A stretch of DNA of 60,817 nucleotides from Actinomycetes bacterium (GTDB taxonomy: Bacteria > Actinomycetota > Actinomycetes > Actinomycetales > Cellulomonadaceae): the NCBI GenBank assembly GCA_023418375.1, contig JAEZZV010000131.1:1-60817 (forward strand), given 5' to 3'. The position numbers and the translations under genes are program-made. This document shows, piece after piece, positions 1-10,061 of this stretch (positions are counted from its first letter, which is position 1; each line of letters begins with the position of its first letter). Under the pieces are notes generated by a model that was not told the DNA's origin, searched no databases, and worked only from the letters and a program-made list of their open reading frames with translations.

Positions 1-96
1 CGGCCGCCCCACGGCGGGGCGGGGCGGCGCGCCGGCACGGGCGGGCGCGACATCGTGCACGGCGGGCTGACGCCCGTCGGCGGAGGGCTGGGTCAT
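1..96 (-). CDS. Possible 5' end of a gene downstream of whiB, running off the window (MTQPSADGRQ...)
   Basis: ATG at 96-94, frame open to the window edge. Actinobacterial whiB is often followed by a glycosyltransferase, but no diagnostic motif is visible here. Confidence 0.3.
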   Translation of the reverse strand, partial: MTQPSADGRQPAVHDVAPARAGAPPRPAVGRP

Positions 97-187
97 CGTC
101 GTCCATCATGGCTGCCGGGTCGACCGGCGTCGCCCGCGCCGCGCCCGGGCAGGGGGTGATCCACGCCGGCGCGAGGGGTTCGAGGCG

Positions 188-514
188 TCAGACGACGCGC
201 TTGCGCAGCTTGCGGCGCTCGCGCTCCGACAGCCCGCCCCAGATGCCGAACCGCTCGTCGTTGGCCAGCGCGTACTCGAGGCACTCGCCCCGCACATCGC
301 AGCGGGTGCAGACCTTCTTGGCCTCGCGCGTCGAGCCGCCCTTCTCCGGGAAGAACGCCTCGGGGTCGGTCTGCGCGCACAGCGCGCGCTCCTGCCAGCC
401 GAGCGCCGTCTCGTCGTCCGGCTCACCGAACAGCGGGAGCACCGGGGCCACGCCAGGCGCGGGACGGGTCACGTCGGTCGGGAACACTGCGTCGTCGTCG
501 AGCAAGTTCCACAT
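188..514 (-). CDS. whiB: WhiB-family Fe-S transcription regulator (WhiB/WhiB2/WhmD type)
   Basis: WQERALCAQTDPEAFFPEKGGSTREAKKVC..C.VR.ECLEYAL...ERFGIWGGLSERERRKL with four Cys; GGAGG RBS upstream. Confidence 0.97.
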   Translation of the reverse strand: MWNLLDDDAVFPTDVTRPAPGVAPVLPLFGEPDDETALGWQERALCAQTDPEAFFPEKGGSTREAKKVCTRCDVRGECLEYALANDERFGIWGGLSERERRKLRKRVV

Positions 515-638
515 GGGGAGAGCCTCCGTGCCCTTCAGTGCCCGTCAGGCCGTACCAGCCCTGCGCGCGGGGAGTCGTGCGTCGTATCGTGCGTGAGGAT
601 GTGCGGGTGTCGCGTGCCGAGCGAATCGCTCTGAGAGA

Positions 639-667
639 ATTACACGCGTGTCATCCGCTGCCGTCAA
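639..667 (-). promoter_or_regulatory. sigmaA-type promoter of whiB (TTGACG-N17-TGTAAT) containing a GACAC motif
   Basis: Minus strand reads TTGACG gcagcggatGACACgcg TGTAAT. GACAC is the described WhiA(B) recognition motif. Confidence 0.7.
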
Positions 668-778
668 GCCGGTCTGTGCTACAACCCGGCGCGCCACCAC
701 CGCCGGGCGGGTGAATTCCACCCGGTCCGGCGCGTCGCTCCCCCTGTCACTTGACGCGTGCACACGCGCGGGCATCCC

Positions 779-784
779 TAGGCT
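779..784 (+). promoter_or_regulatory. -10 element TAGGCT of a probable leaderless transcript
   Basis: TAGGCT, 6 nt, then GTG start at 791; no SD sequence. Confidence 0.55.
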
Positions 785-790
785 GGGCCC

Positions 791-1534
791 GTGACCGCCG
801 CCATGCCGATGCCCGGCCTCCTCGCCCGCCTCACCGCCGATCCCGGGCGCCCGCGCCTGACCTGGTACGGCGACGACGGCGAACGTGTCGAGCTCTCGGG
901 CCACGTCCTCGACAACTGGGTCACCAAGACCGCGAACCTCCTCGTCGAGGAGTACCAGGCCGGTCCCCTGACCCGGGTCCTCCTCGACCTGCCGGTCCAC
1001 TGGCGGTCGGTCGTCTGGGCGATGGCGACGTGGCGCGTAGGCGCGTGCGTGACGTTCCCGCCGGCGGGTCGGCCGGACCTCGTGGTGACCCACCAGCCCG
1101 TGCGGCACGTGGAGGGCGGCGTGGACGTCGTCGCCGTCGCCCTGCCCGCCCTGGCCAGGAGCATCGAGGGCGAGCTCCCCGCGGGGGCGGTCGACGCGAC
1201 CTCGGCGGTCATGACGTACGGCGACCTGCTCACCTGGATGCCGGAGCCCAGCCCCGCAGCGCCCGCGCTCAAGGCCGGCGAGAGCCTCGTCGCGCACGCC
1301 TCGCTCGAGTCGTGGGCCCTCGGCGTGCTCGGACGTCACGGAGAGTGCCCGCCGGGCGGGCGGCTCCTCGTCTGCGTGCCCGCCGACGCCTACGAGGACG
1401 GGCTCGGCCTGGCGCTGGCGGCCCTGGCACTCGACGGGTCGGTGGTCCTGTGCGCACCGGGCATCGACGTCATGGCGCGCCAGCGGATCGCCCGCGCGGA
1501 GCTCGTGGTTGCCCAGGTGGTCACGGGCGACTGA
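791..1534 (+). CDS. TIGR03089-family protein (Rv3268-like, AMP-binding-enzyme N-terminal-like)
   Basis: PRLTWYG...ERVELSG..LDNWV.KTANLL...LP.HW signature; family typically lies near whiB/LCP/cell-wall glycan genes. Confidence 0.88.
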   Translation: MTAAMPMPGLLARLTADPGRPRLTWYGDDGERVELSGHVLDNWVTKTANLLVEEYQAGPLTRVLLDLPVHWRSVVWAMATWRVGACVTFPPAGRPDLVVTHQPVRHVEGGVDVVAVALPALARSIEGELPAGAVDATSAVMTYGDLLTWMPEPSPAAPALKAGESLVAHASLESWALGVLGRHGECPPGGRLLVCVPADAYEDGLGLALAALALDGSVVLCAPGIDVMARQRIARAELVVAQVVTGD

Positions 1535-1570
1535 CCCGGCCGAGCCCGTGACGGCCGGGCAGGCGGACCG

Positions 1571-2767
1571 TCAGGGCACGTCGGCTTGGACCACCGTGCC
1601 GTGGCCGGTCACGGTGAGCGGCCCCTCCGCCGCGGGCACGAACACCGACTGGCCGCGGTCCAGCACGGCCTCGCCCTCCTCGGAGTGCACGGTGACGGTG
1701 CCGTCGACGCACAGCACGATCCTGGGGCCGCGGCCCGGCAGGGGATGGTTGCCACCGTTGTCGACGTCTGCGACCGAGAGCTCGAAGTCGTCGACGGGCG
1801 CGTAGAACACCTTCGCGGCGCCGTGGAAGACCTCCGGCGCCACACGGATCGGCGGGGCTGCCACGTAGTCCACATTGACGAGCAGCTCGGGCACGTCGAC
1901 GTGCTTCGCCGTCAGTCCTGCGCGCAGCACGTTGTCCGAGTTCGCCATGATCTCCACGGCGAGTCCCCGGAGGTAGGCGTGCACGCCGCCTGCGGGGACG
2001 AACATCGCCTCGCCCGGCTCCAGGGTGACGGGGTTGAGCAGGAGCGACGTCACCGCCCCCGGGTCGCCCGGGTAGGCCTCGGCGAGATGGGCCACGGTGA
2101 GGTCGGCGCGCGGAGATGGCGACCCGTCCGCCAACCGGCGACGGCAGGCGTCGGCGAGAGCCTCCACCTCGCCGCTCGTCGGCCGAAGCTCGGGCTCGAG
2201 CAGCCGGCGGAAGGCCGTCCGGATGCCCCGGTAGGTCGGCTCCGCCACCAGGGCTGAGTGGAGGGTCACGGCCAGCGGGGCGTCCAGGCCGCTGAAGAGC
2301 TCGGCCGCCCGGCGCGGCGCCCGGAACCCTGACAGCGCCTCGAAGCGGGTGAGGGCGTACACGAGCTCCGGCTTGTGGTTGGCGTCCTTGTAGCTGCGGC
2401 GGGGGTCGTCGAGTGCGATGCCCGCGGCGTTCTCGGCCGCGAAGCCCTCGCGTGCCCGCTCGAGGTTCGGGTGCACCTGCAGCGAGAGCGGACGCTCGAC
2501 GGCGATGAGCTTGAGCAGGTACGGCAGCGAGCGTCCGAAGCGGGCGACGACGTCGGCGCCGAGGTTGCGCTCCGGGTCGGCGATGATCATCGCGTCGAGT
2601 GCGACCGGCGCACCGTCGGGCATGGTCGCCCGCGACGGCGACGCAGGGTGCGCGCCCATCCACAGCTCGGCCACCGGTCCGCCGGAGGCACCGGTGCCCA
2701 GGACCTCGGGGATGGCCGTCGCCGACCCCCATGCGTAGTCCTGAGTCGGGTTGATGAGCCTGTGCAC
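1571..2767 (-). CDS. manA: Mannose-6-phosphate isomerase, class I
   Basis: [51 protein letters not shown] motifs. GTG start chosen after a GGGGAG RBS (alternative ATG at 2812). Confidence 0.96.
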   Translation of the reverse strand: MHRLINPTQDYAWGSATAIPEVLGTGASGGPVAELWMGAHPASPSRATMPDGAPVALDAMIIADPERNLGADVVARFGRSLPYLLKLIAVERPLSLQVHPNLERAREGFAAENAAGIALDDPRRSYKDANHKPELVYALTRFEALSGFRAPRRAAELFSGLDAPLAVTLHSALVAEPTYRGIRTAFRRLLEPELRPTSGEVEALADACRRRLADGSPSPRADLTVAHLAEAYPGDPGAVTSLLLNPVTLEPGEAMFVPAGGVHAYLRGLAVEIMANSDNVLRAGLTAKHVDVPELLVNVDYVAAPPIRVAPEVFHGAAKVFYAPVDDFELSVADVDNGGNHPLPGRGPRIVLCVDGTVTVHSEEGEAVLDRGQSVFVPAAEGPLTVTGHGTVVQADVP

Positions 2768-2867
2768 GTCCGCTCCCCCAGTCGTCGATGAGTCGGCGTC
2801 GATGCTAGCCATCTTGGCCGCACCCTCGTTCGCACCTTCGGCGCACCATGCGCCAGACTGGGGCGCC

Positions 2868-3737
2868 ATGCGAGGGATCATCCTGGCCGGCGGCTCCGGC
2901 ACACGACTTCACCCGATCACGATGGGCGTCAGCAAGCAGCTCGTCCCGGTGTACGACAAGCCGATGATCTACTACCCGCTCTCGACGCTGATCGCGGCGG
3001 GCATCCAGGACGTCCTGGTCATCACCACCCCCCACGACGCCGAGCAGTTCCGGCGCCTGCTGGGCGACGGCTCCCAGTTCGGCATCTCGATCGCCTACAC
3101 CGTGCAGGAGGTCCCCAACGGGCTCGCCCAGGCCTTCGTCCTCGGTGCCGGCTTCGTCGGGAACCAGACCGCCGCGCTCGTGCTCGGGGACAACATCTTC
3201 TACGGTCCCGGCCTGGGCACCCGGCTCGCCCGCTTCGAGGCGATCGAGGGTGGCGCGGTGTTCGCCTACCGCGTCGCCGACCCGAGCGCCTACGGCGTCG
3301 TCGAGTTCGACGAGAACGGTCGAGCGCTGTCACTCGAGGAGAAGCCCGCAAACCCCAAGAGCAGCTACGCCGTGCCGGGCCTGTACTTCTACGACAACGA
3401 CGTCATCGCCGTCGCCCGTGACCTGGCTCCCTCGGCCCGCGGCGAGTACGAGATCACGGACGTGAACCGTCACTACCTCGAGCAGGGCCGCCTCCACGTG
3501 GAGGTGCTCCCGCGTGGCACGGCCTGGCTCGACACGGGCACCTTCGACTCCCTGCTCGAGGCCTCGGACTTCGTCCGCACGGTAGAGCACCGCCAGGGGC
3601 TCAAGGTCGGCTGCCCGGAGGAGGTCGCCTGGCGGCGCGGGTTCCTCTCCGACGACGACCTGCGCGAGCGGGGTGAGCTCCTCGCCAAGTCCGGCTACGG
3701 TGCGTACCTGCTCGGTCTCCTCGAGCAGGACCGCTGA
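2868..3737 (+). CDS. rfbA: Glucose-1-phosphate thymidylyltransferase
   Basis: [16 protein letters not shown]...[43 protein letters not shown]. Confidence 0.97.
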   Translation: MRGIILAGGSGTRLHPITMGVSKQLVPVYDKPMIYYPLSTLIAAGIQDVLVITTPHDAEQFRRLLGDGSQFGISIAYTVQEVPNGLAQAFVLGAGFVGNQTAALVLGDNIFYGPGLGTRLARFEAIEGGAVFAYRVADPSAYGVVEFDENGRALSLEEKPANPKSSYAVPGLYFYDNDVIAVARDLAPSARGEYEITDVNRHYLEQGRLHVEVLPRGTAWLDTGTFDSLLEASDFVRTVEHRQGLKVGCPEEVAWRRGFLSDDDLRERGELLAKSGYGAYLLGLLEQDR

Positions 3738-3752
3738 GGACCGGGCGCTCCG

Positions 3753-4793
3753 CTACCCGGTGGAGCGCCCCGCCGCCGCGCGCAGCGCCAGGAAGAGGCC
3801 GCGGGCGACCCCCGCGCCGAACATCGCGAGGAACGCCGGCGTGAGCATCGCGGCCGACCGCACCTCCTGGGCGGATCCGCCGACCGCGGCGACGACCGCG
3901 GGGACGGCGCCGGAAGCGGCGGCCAGTCCGGCGACGGCCACCGGCGGGCGGCGCACGAGGAGGACCGCACCGCCGATCGCGGCGGCCATGCCACCGACGA
4001 TGACCGCACGGCCCGTGCCGGCGTGACCGAGGTACCCGTCGACGAACGTGGTGCCGCGGAAGTAGGCCTGGCGCGCGAACGCACGCAGCCCCGTCTTGCC
4101 GTGGTACTCGAACGCGAACTCGGGTGTCAGCCAGATGCGGTGCTCCGCGGCGATGTCCCTCAGCAGCCGCGTGTCGTCGCTCGAGAGGTGTGCCGCCTCC
4201 GCCCCGAAGAGCGACCCGAAACCGGTCATGGCTCCGGTGAGCACCTCGCGCGGCAGCAGCAGACACCCGGTGCCCTTGGGATACCTGTCGAACTCCTCGG
4301 CATCGAAGGAGACCAGGCGCGGGCGGGACATGTAGGCCCGCCACCCCACCTTGACCAGGCCCGACCAGAAGGCGGCGTAGGGGTTGCCGGGGGCGGTGTC
4401 GACGTGCCCGCACCACACGGTGCGCTCCGGGTGCGCGGCCAGCTGCGACCGGATCCACCCCAGGGCGCCCGGGCGCACGATGACCCTGCTGTCCAGCAGG
4501 AGCACGATGGCCTCGACGGCCTCCTCGATGCCGACGCGACGCGCCTCGAACCGCCCGGCGTTCGCCTGGTGCAGGACCCGGATCCGGCCGTCGGCCGCGA
4601 GGGCGTCGAGGACCGCGGCCGTGCCGTCGGTGCTGCCGTCATCGACGACGACGACGTCCAGGCGGAGACCGGCGGCCTCGCCCTCACGCAGCAGCGCCTC
4701 GAGACACCGACCGATCCACTGTTCCTCGTCGTGCACGGGGATGACGACGCTCAGCGCGTCGAGCGGCGTTGCGCTCGGATCGGTGGCCGTCAC
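3753..4793 (-). CDS. Glycosyltransferase family 2 with C-terminal membrane segments
   Basis: LSVVIPVHDE, VVVVDDGSTD, NAGRFEAR, LLDS; hydrophobic C-terminus. Confidence 0.88.
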   Translation of the reverse strand: MTATDPSATPLDALSVVIPVHDEEQWIGRCLEALLREGEAAGLRLDVVVVDDGSTDGTAAVLDALAADGRIRVLHQANAGRFEARRVGIEEAVEAIVLLLDSRVIVRPGALGWIRSQLAAHPERTVWCGHVDTAPGNPYAAFWSGLVKVGWRAYMSRPRLVSFDAEEFDRYPKGTGCLLLPREVLTGAMTGFGSLFGAEAAHLSSDDTRLLRDIAAEHRIWLTPEFAFEYHGKTGLRAFARQAYFRGTTFVDGYLGHAGTGRAVIVGGMAAAIGGAVLLVRRPPVAVAGLAAASGAVPAVVAAVGGSAQEVRSAAMLTPAFLAMFGAGVARGLFLALRAAAGRSTG

Positions 4794-5776
4794 AGCTCGA
4801 CCGTACGCCCCGTCGCCGCGGACTCCAGCACCGCCTCCGCGACGCGCACCGTCGCCAGTCCCTCGACCATCGTGACGACGTCGTCGGAGATCCCGAGCAC
4901 GGCGTCGCGGAAGGCCTCGTGCTCGACGAGGAGCGGCTCGCGCTTGCCCAGCGCGTACCGGACCATGTCACCCTCGGTCATCCCCCGGAAGCCGGCGAGC
5001 GACTCCCAGGTGGTCTCGGCAGTGCCGTTCGCGTAGTACGTGAGGTCCGCCGTCAGGGTGTCCGCCACGAGGGTGCCGAGCTCGCCGGTCACCACGGTCG
5101 AGCGCTCCTTGAGCGGCGAGAGCCAGTTGACCAGGTGGGTCGCGATGATGCCACCCTCCAGGTCGCCCACGAAGGCCACCAAGTCCTCATGCTGACGGCC
5201 CGACTTGACGGCCACATGTGCCGCGACGCTGCGGTACCGGGCCTGCGCCACCCAGGCAGTGAGGTCGATGTCGTGGCTGGCGAGGTCCTTGACCACGCCG
5301 ACGTCGGCGATGCGCGGCGGGAACGGACCCTGGCGCCGCGTCGAGACCTGGTAGACCTCCCCCAGCTGCCCGCCCTCGATCCGCGCACGCATCGCGCGCA
5401 GGGCCGGGTTGTACCGCTCGATGTGCCCGACGGCGCCCACCAGGCCTCGGTCCGCGAAGGCGGCGGCGAGTCGCGCGGCCGACTCGGCGGACTCGGCCAG
5501 GGGCTTCTCGATCATCGTGTGCACGCCCGCCTCGGCCAGCGCGAGGCCGATCGCCTCGTGCGCGCTCGTGGGCACGGCGACAACCGCGTAGTCGATGCCG
5601 GCAGCGACGAGGTGCTCGACCGATGCGCCGACGTCCATGCCGGCCGCGGCGCCGTGCACGTCACCACCGGGGTCGGCGACCGCGACGAGCCGGACACCGG
5701 GCAGCGAGCGCAGCACACGTGCGTGGTGGCGACCCATCATCCCCAGGCCGATGAGGCCCGCGCGCAGGTCCGCCAT
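4790..5776 (-). CDS. Gfo/Idh/MocA NAD-dependent oxidoreductase (WbpB/WlbA-like sugar 3-dehydrogenase)
   Basis: GLIGLGMMGRHH, IEKPLA, GHIERYNPA, DLASHDID; translationally coupled to the aminotransferase. Confidence 0.88.
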   Translation of the reverse strand: MADLRAGLIGLGMMGRHHARVLRSLPGVRLVAVADPGGDVHGAAAGMDVGASVEHLVAAGIDYAVVAVPTSAHEAIGLALAEAGVHTMIEKPLAESAESAARLAAAFADRGLVGAVGHIERYNPALRAMRARIEGGQLGEVYQVSTRRQGPFPPRIADVGVVKDLASHDIDLTAWVAQARYRSVAAHVAVKSGRQHEDLVAFVGDLEGGIIATHLVNWLSPLKERSTVVTGELGTLVADTLTADLTYYANGTAETTWESLAGFRGMTEGDMVRYALGKREPLLVEHEAFRDAVLGISDDVVTMVEGLATVRVAEAVLESAATGRTVEL

Positions 5777-6867
5777 CACGCACCGGCCTTCGCGACCGCG
5801 TTGACGGCGGCGACGATGCGCTCGAGGTCGTCCTGGGAGAGGGCGGGGTGCACGGGCAGCGAGAGGACCTCGGCGCACGCCGCAGCGGTGACCGGCAGGT
5901 CTGCGGCCACGCCGAACGACGGGAGCTCGTGGTTCGGGATCGGGTAGTACACGCCGGAGCCGACGTGGTGCTCTGCGGCGAGTGCCTGGGCGAAGGCATC
6001 CCGCCCCTCGGGAACCCGGATCGTGTACTGGTGCCACACGTGCGTGGCGCCGTCCGCGACCGTGGGCACGACGACACCCTCGAGATGGGCGGACAGGAAC
6101 TCCGCGTTCGCCCGGCGCTGGGCGGTCCACCCAGGCAGCTTGCCGAGCTGCACGCGGCCGATCGCCGCGTGCAGGTCGGTCATCCGCGCGTTGAAGCCGA
6201 CGACCTCGTTCTCGTAGCGGCGCTCCATGCCCTGGTTGCGGAGCAGGCGCACGGCGCGGGCGATCTCCTGGGTCGCGCACGAGACCATGCCGCCCTCACC
6301 GGACGTCATGTTCTTCGTCGGGTAGAGGCTGAACATGGCGAAGTCACCGAAGGTGCCCACCGGCGCTCCCTGCCAGGAGGCCCCGTGGGCCTGTGCGGCG
6401 TCCTCGAAGAGCCGCACACCGTGCCGGTCGGCGACGGCTCGCAGGCCGGTCATGTCCGCGGGGTGGCCGTACAGGTGCACCGGCATGATCGCGGCGGTGC
6501 GCTCCGTGAGGACGCGCTCGACGGACGACGCGTCCAGGCAGTACGTGGTCGGATCGATGTCGGCGAAGACAGGGGTCGCACCGGTGAGTGCCACCGAGTT
6601 GGCGGTGGCCGCGAAGGTGAACGACGGTACGACCACCTCGTCGCCGGGGCCGATGCCCGCGGCGAGCAGCCCGAGATGCAGGCCGGCGGTGCCCGAGCTC
6701 ACTGCGACGCACGTGCGCCCGCCGACCAGCTCCCCGGCGAACTCCTCCTCGAACGCGGCGACCTCGGGACCTTGAGCGACCATCCCGCTGCGCAGCACAC
6801 GATCGACCGCCTCCCGCTCCTCGTCACCGATGAGCGGCTTGGCCGCGGGAATCATGCTCGGGCTCAT
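5776..6867 (-). CDS. DegT/DnrJ/EryC1/StrS PLP-dependent sugar aminotransferase (WbpE/WlbC-like)
   Basis: SSGTAGL, VHLYG, EDAAQAHGA, SLYPTKNMTSGEGG, GFNARMTD. Confidence 0.93.
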   Translation of the reverse strand: MSPSMIPAAKPLIGDEEREAVDRVLRSGMVAQGPEVAAFEEEFAGELVGGRTCVAVSSGTAGLHLGLLAAGIGPGDEVVVPSFTFAATANSVALTGATPVFADIDPTTYCLDASSVERVLTERTAAIMPVHLYGHPADMTGLRAVADRHGVRLFEDAAQAHGASWQGAPVGTFGDFAMFSLYPTKNMTSGEGGMVSCATQEIARAVRLLRNQGMERRYENEVVGFNARMTDLHAAIGRVQLGKLPGWTAQRRANAEFLSAHLEGVVVPTVADGATHVWHQYTIRVPEGRDAFAQALAAEHHVGSGVYYPIPNHELPSFGVAADLPVTAAACAEVLSLPVHPALSQDDLERIVAAVNAVAKAGA

Positions 6868-7487
6868 GCCTCACCTTCCTGGGCTGGTGTCAGCGCCAGC
6901 CCTGAGTCGACCTGCTCGTAGACCTCACCCGTGGCAGGGCAGCGCCATCGCGAGGCAGCGCCCGGCTCCGCCCCTACCTCCTCGAGCCGCACGCCCGCGC
7001 GGCCCACCCAGCCGATGCGACGCGCCGGCACTCCGGCGACGAGCGCGTGGTCCGGCACGTCGTGCGTCACGACCGCCCCCGCCGCGACGGTGGCCCAGCG
7101 CCCGACGACCACGGGCGCTACGCAGACCGCGCGCGCGCCGATCGCCGCACCCTCGCGGAGCGTGACGCCGACGGCCTCCCAGTCGTGGGCGCTCTTCAGG
7201 CTCCCGTCCGGGTTCACGGCGCGCGGGAAGGTGTCGTTCGTGAGCACCGCGGCCGGCCCGACGAAGACGCCGTCCTCGAGGATGGCGGGCTCGTACACGA
7301 GCGCGTAGTTCTGGATCTTGCAGCGGTCACCGACGCGCACCCCGGTACCGATGTACGCGCCCCGACCGACGACGCACTCGTCGCCGATGACGGCGTCACC
7401 GCGGACCTGCGCCAGGTGCCACACCGAGGAGCCCTCGCCGATCACCGCTGTCGGGTCGACGTCAGCCGAGCCGAGGATCCTTGCCAC
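6864..7487 (-). CDS. Hexapeptide-repeat N-acetyltransferase (WbpD/WlbB-like)
   Basis: CKIQNYALVYE, TND.FPRA, AGVPARRIGW; GTG start with GAGGTG RBS. Confidence 0.9.
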   Translation of the reverse strand: MARILGSADVDPTAVIGEGSSVWHLAQVRGDAVIGDECVVGRGAYIGTGVRVGDRCKIQNYALVYEPAILEDGVFVGPAAVLTNDTFPRAVNPDGSLKSAHDWEAVGVTLREGAAIGARAVCVAPVVVGRWATVAAGAVVTHDVPDHALVAGVPARRIGWVGRAGVRLEEVGAEPGAASRWRCPATGEVYEQVDSGLALTPAQEGEA

Positions 7488-7590
7488 GCGCCACCTCGAG
7501 ACCGCACCCTGAGCCCGCCGGGCGCGGACCGCGCCCGAGCCTAACAACGCGCACCAGAGCACCGTCGGACTTCGGTCCTGACGTCCCGGG

Positions 7591-8688
7591 TCAGGCGCCC
7601 AGGGCCTCGAGTGCGTCCGCGACGACAGCGCTCGGACGGTGCGCGTCGAGCGTCGAGCGCTGGCGGTATCGCTCGTGGTCCCGGAGGAAGTCCTCGAGCT
7701 TGTCGATGCTGAAACGCGTGAGGACCATGCTCCGGCCCTCGCCGTCGGGCCGTTCCGTGTGCACGCGGTGGACCGCGCACGGGATGCCGAGGTGCGCGCT
7801 CTCCTCCTGCAGGCCCCCGCTGTCGGTGACCACGAAGGTCGCCCCGGCCAGCACGGGCTGGAAGGCGACGTAGCTCAGCTTCTCCCGCAGGAGGAACCGT
7901 TCCTCGTCGAACAGGTCCATGAGCCCGTACTCACGCAGGCGGTCCCGCTCCGAGGCGCCGACGAACATCACGACCGGCACGGTGCGGGAGTAGCTGCGCA
8001 ACGCCTCCAGGACTGCCGACAGCAGCTCACGACTCCGGACGAGCTCGAAGCGGTGCAGGGTCGCGATCCCGTAACGCTCGGGAAGCCTGAGGTCGGACGG
8101 AACCGGATGCTCGATCGCCTCGCGCATCGCGTCCAGGACGGTGTTCGCACCCGTCACGACCACGGCGCCCCGGTGCCGGCGGAGGTTGCGCGCCTCGCGC
8201 ACGGTCGGTGGGAAGTGGATGTCCACGAGCCGCCCGGCCACGCGCCGGTTCAGCTCCTCGGGGAACGGATGCATGAGGCTGCCGCTGCGCATGCCCGCCT
8301 CGACGTGCCCGACGCGGGCCCCGAGCAGCCGCCCGACCAGCGCGCCGATCGGCGCCGTGAACGTGTCACCGTGGACGAGCACCACGGGCGGAGTCCCATC
8401 GGCGAGGAGACGACCCTGCAACGCGCGACGACGGCGCAGGACGGTGCGGGCGAGCGCGAACACCCATGCCGGCACGTCGGCCGGACGGACGAGGTTGCTC
8501 GCATGCTCCCGCGGCACGAGCCAGATCTCCGGCGCCGGCAGACGGAGGTCGGCGAGCGTCTCGGCGAGCTCGTCCACGTGCTGGCCGGTGTACCAGATCT
8601 CGCACCGGCGACCGCGAGCCGTGAGCTCGTGGTGCACAGGCGCGATCTTGATCAGCTCGGCTGTCGTGCCGACGATGAACGCGATCAC
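7591..8688 (-). CDS. UDP-N-acetylglucosamine 2-epimerase family protein (WecB/WbpI-like)
   Basis: TGQH, HGDT, HVEAGMRS, PEELNR, TLHRFE, TDSGGLQEE; GAGGAGG RBS before GTG 8688. Confidence 0.88.
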   Translation of the reverse strand: MIAFIVGTTAELIKIAPVHHELTARGRRCEIWYTGQHVDELAETLADLRLPAPEIWLVPREHASNLVRPADVPAWVFALARTVLRRRRALQGRLLADGTPPVVLVHGDTFTAPIGALVGRLLGARVGHVEAGMRSGSLMHPFPEELNRRVAGRLVDIHFPPTVREARNLRRHRGAVVVTGANTVLDAMREAIEHPVPSDLRLPERYGIATLHRFELVRSRELLSAVLEALRSYSRTVPVVMFVGASERDRLREYGLMDLFDEERFLLREKLSYVAFQPVLAGATFVVTDSGGLQEESAHLGIPCAVHRVHTERPDGEGRSMVLTRFSIDKLEDFLRDHERYRQRSTLDAHRPSAVVADALEALGA

Positions 8689-8765
8689 ACGCACCTCCTC
8701 ACCTGGGCCGCCTGAGGTCGGCGACCACGCTGCGGCCCTGTCAGGACACCCGAGCCCCGCCGAAC

Positions 8766-10061
8766 CTACCCGCTCCCCGCTCCGGCGCGGGCCTCGCGCC
8801 CGACGCGCCCGGCCTGGACGAGCAGGAGCCCGACGAGCGCGGCGGCTCCGACGCCGCCGTTGACGGCGACGAACGTCTCGACGGACGGCAGCGCGAGGCT
8901 GCCGAGGACCCACTGGGCGACCGCGAGGCCGACGAGCACGCCCACACCGGTGCGGCTGCTCGCCGCGGTCACCGGGATGAGCAGGCCTTGAGCCATCGCC
9001 CACGGGACGTAGGACAGGGCCAGCATCGGCAGCAGCTCGCCCGTCCGCGCGTACCCGGCGCCGAAGATCGAGGCGACCAGGTCGCCGAGCACGACGACCG
9101 CGCCCACCATGACCACCGCGCCGGCGAGGGACGTACCGAGCACGACGCCCACACCGAGGCGGGTCAGCGACGCGTCCCGTCGGCGGGCGACGAATCGCGG
9201 CAGGAGGTAGAGCGAGAGCGTCGTCGGCACGATGAGGACCGTCTTGACGACGGTGGCCGCGGCGGCGTAGGCGCCCGCGACGTCGTCATCCACGTACGAA
9301 CGGACCAGCACGACGTCCATGCTGATCAGCCACGTGAAGGCGATGGTCAGGGCCATCACGACGACGGTGTCGGCCGTGAAGGCACGTCCCGCCGTGGCCA
9401 GGCCCAGCCGCCGCACCTGCACCCCCGAGCCGGCAGCGGCGGCGACCGACGTGAGGAGCAGCACGCTCAGGACACCGACGGCGGCCAGGCCCAGGGTGAG
9501 GGCTGCCAGGCTCAGCGCGAGCTGGGCGAGCTGGACCCCTGTCGTCCAGAACACGACGGCTCGCGCCCGCCCCGTCCCCTGCAGGAGCCCCTGGGCACGC
9601 GCGAACAGGAAGTACGGGGCCACCGTGAGGGCGACGAAGGCGACTGCCATCCCCGAGGTACCCGAGGCACCGTCCAGGAGTGGGGACGCAACGACGACAC
9701 CGACCGTGCACACGGCACCGAGCACGAGTGCCTCGACGGTGGAGCCGTCAAGTCGCCGCCGCTCCCCGCGGTCGACGGGTTCTGCGGTGCGGCCGTGTGC
9801 CGCGACGACGGCGACCGAGTTCCGCAGGGCGGTGCTGCCGACCGAGGCGACGTTGATCAGGGCGAGGAACGACGCAAGGAGCCCGTAGCCGGACGGGCCG
9901 AGCCCGCGGATGACCGTCAGCTGGAACGCCGCGGTGGACAGGACCCCGACACCGCTGACGACGAGGACTCCGGCCATGGCCCGTCCGTGCCGTGCCAGAT
10001 GGCCCCGGGCGGCGCCCGTCGGCCGCTCCGCGGGGCCCGGCTCGGGAACCGGGGCGATCAT
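8766..10061 (-). CDS. Wzx/MATE-like oligosaccharide flippase
   Basis: About 12 hydrophobic segments; RGLGPSGYG, DVVLVR...AGAYAAA motifs. Confidence 0.78.
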   Translation of the reverse strand: MIAPVPEPGPAERPTGAARGHLARHGRAMAGVLVVSGVGVLSTAAFQLTVIRGLGPSGYGLLASFLALINVASVGSTALRNSVAVVAAHGRTAEPVDRGERRRLDGSTVEALVLGAVCTVGVVVASPLLDGASGTSGMAVAFVALTVAPYFLFARAQGLLQGTGRARAVVFWTTGVQLAQLALSLAALTLGLAAVGVLSVLLLTSVAAAAGSGVQVRRLGLATAGRAFTADTVVVMALTIAFTWLISMDVVLVRSYVDDDVAGAYAAAATVVKTVLIVPTTLSLYLLPRFVARRRDASLTRLGVGVVLGTSLAGAVVMVGAVVVLGDLVASIFGAGYARTGELLPMLALSYVPWAMAQGLLIPVTAASSRTGVGVLVGLAVAQWVLGSLALPSVETFVAVNGGVGAAALVGLLLVQAGRVGREARAGAGSG

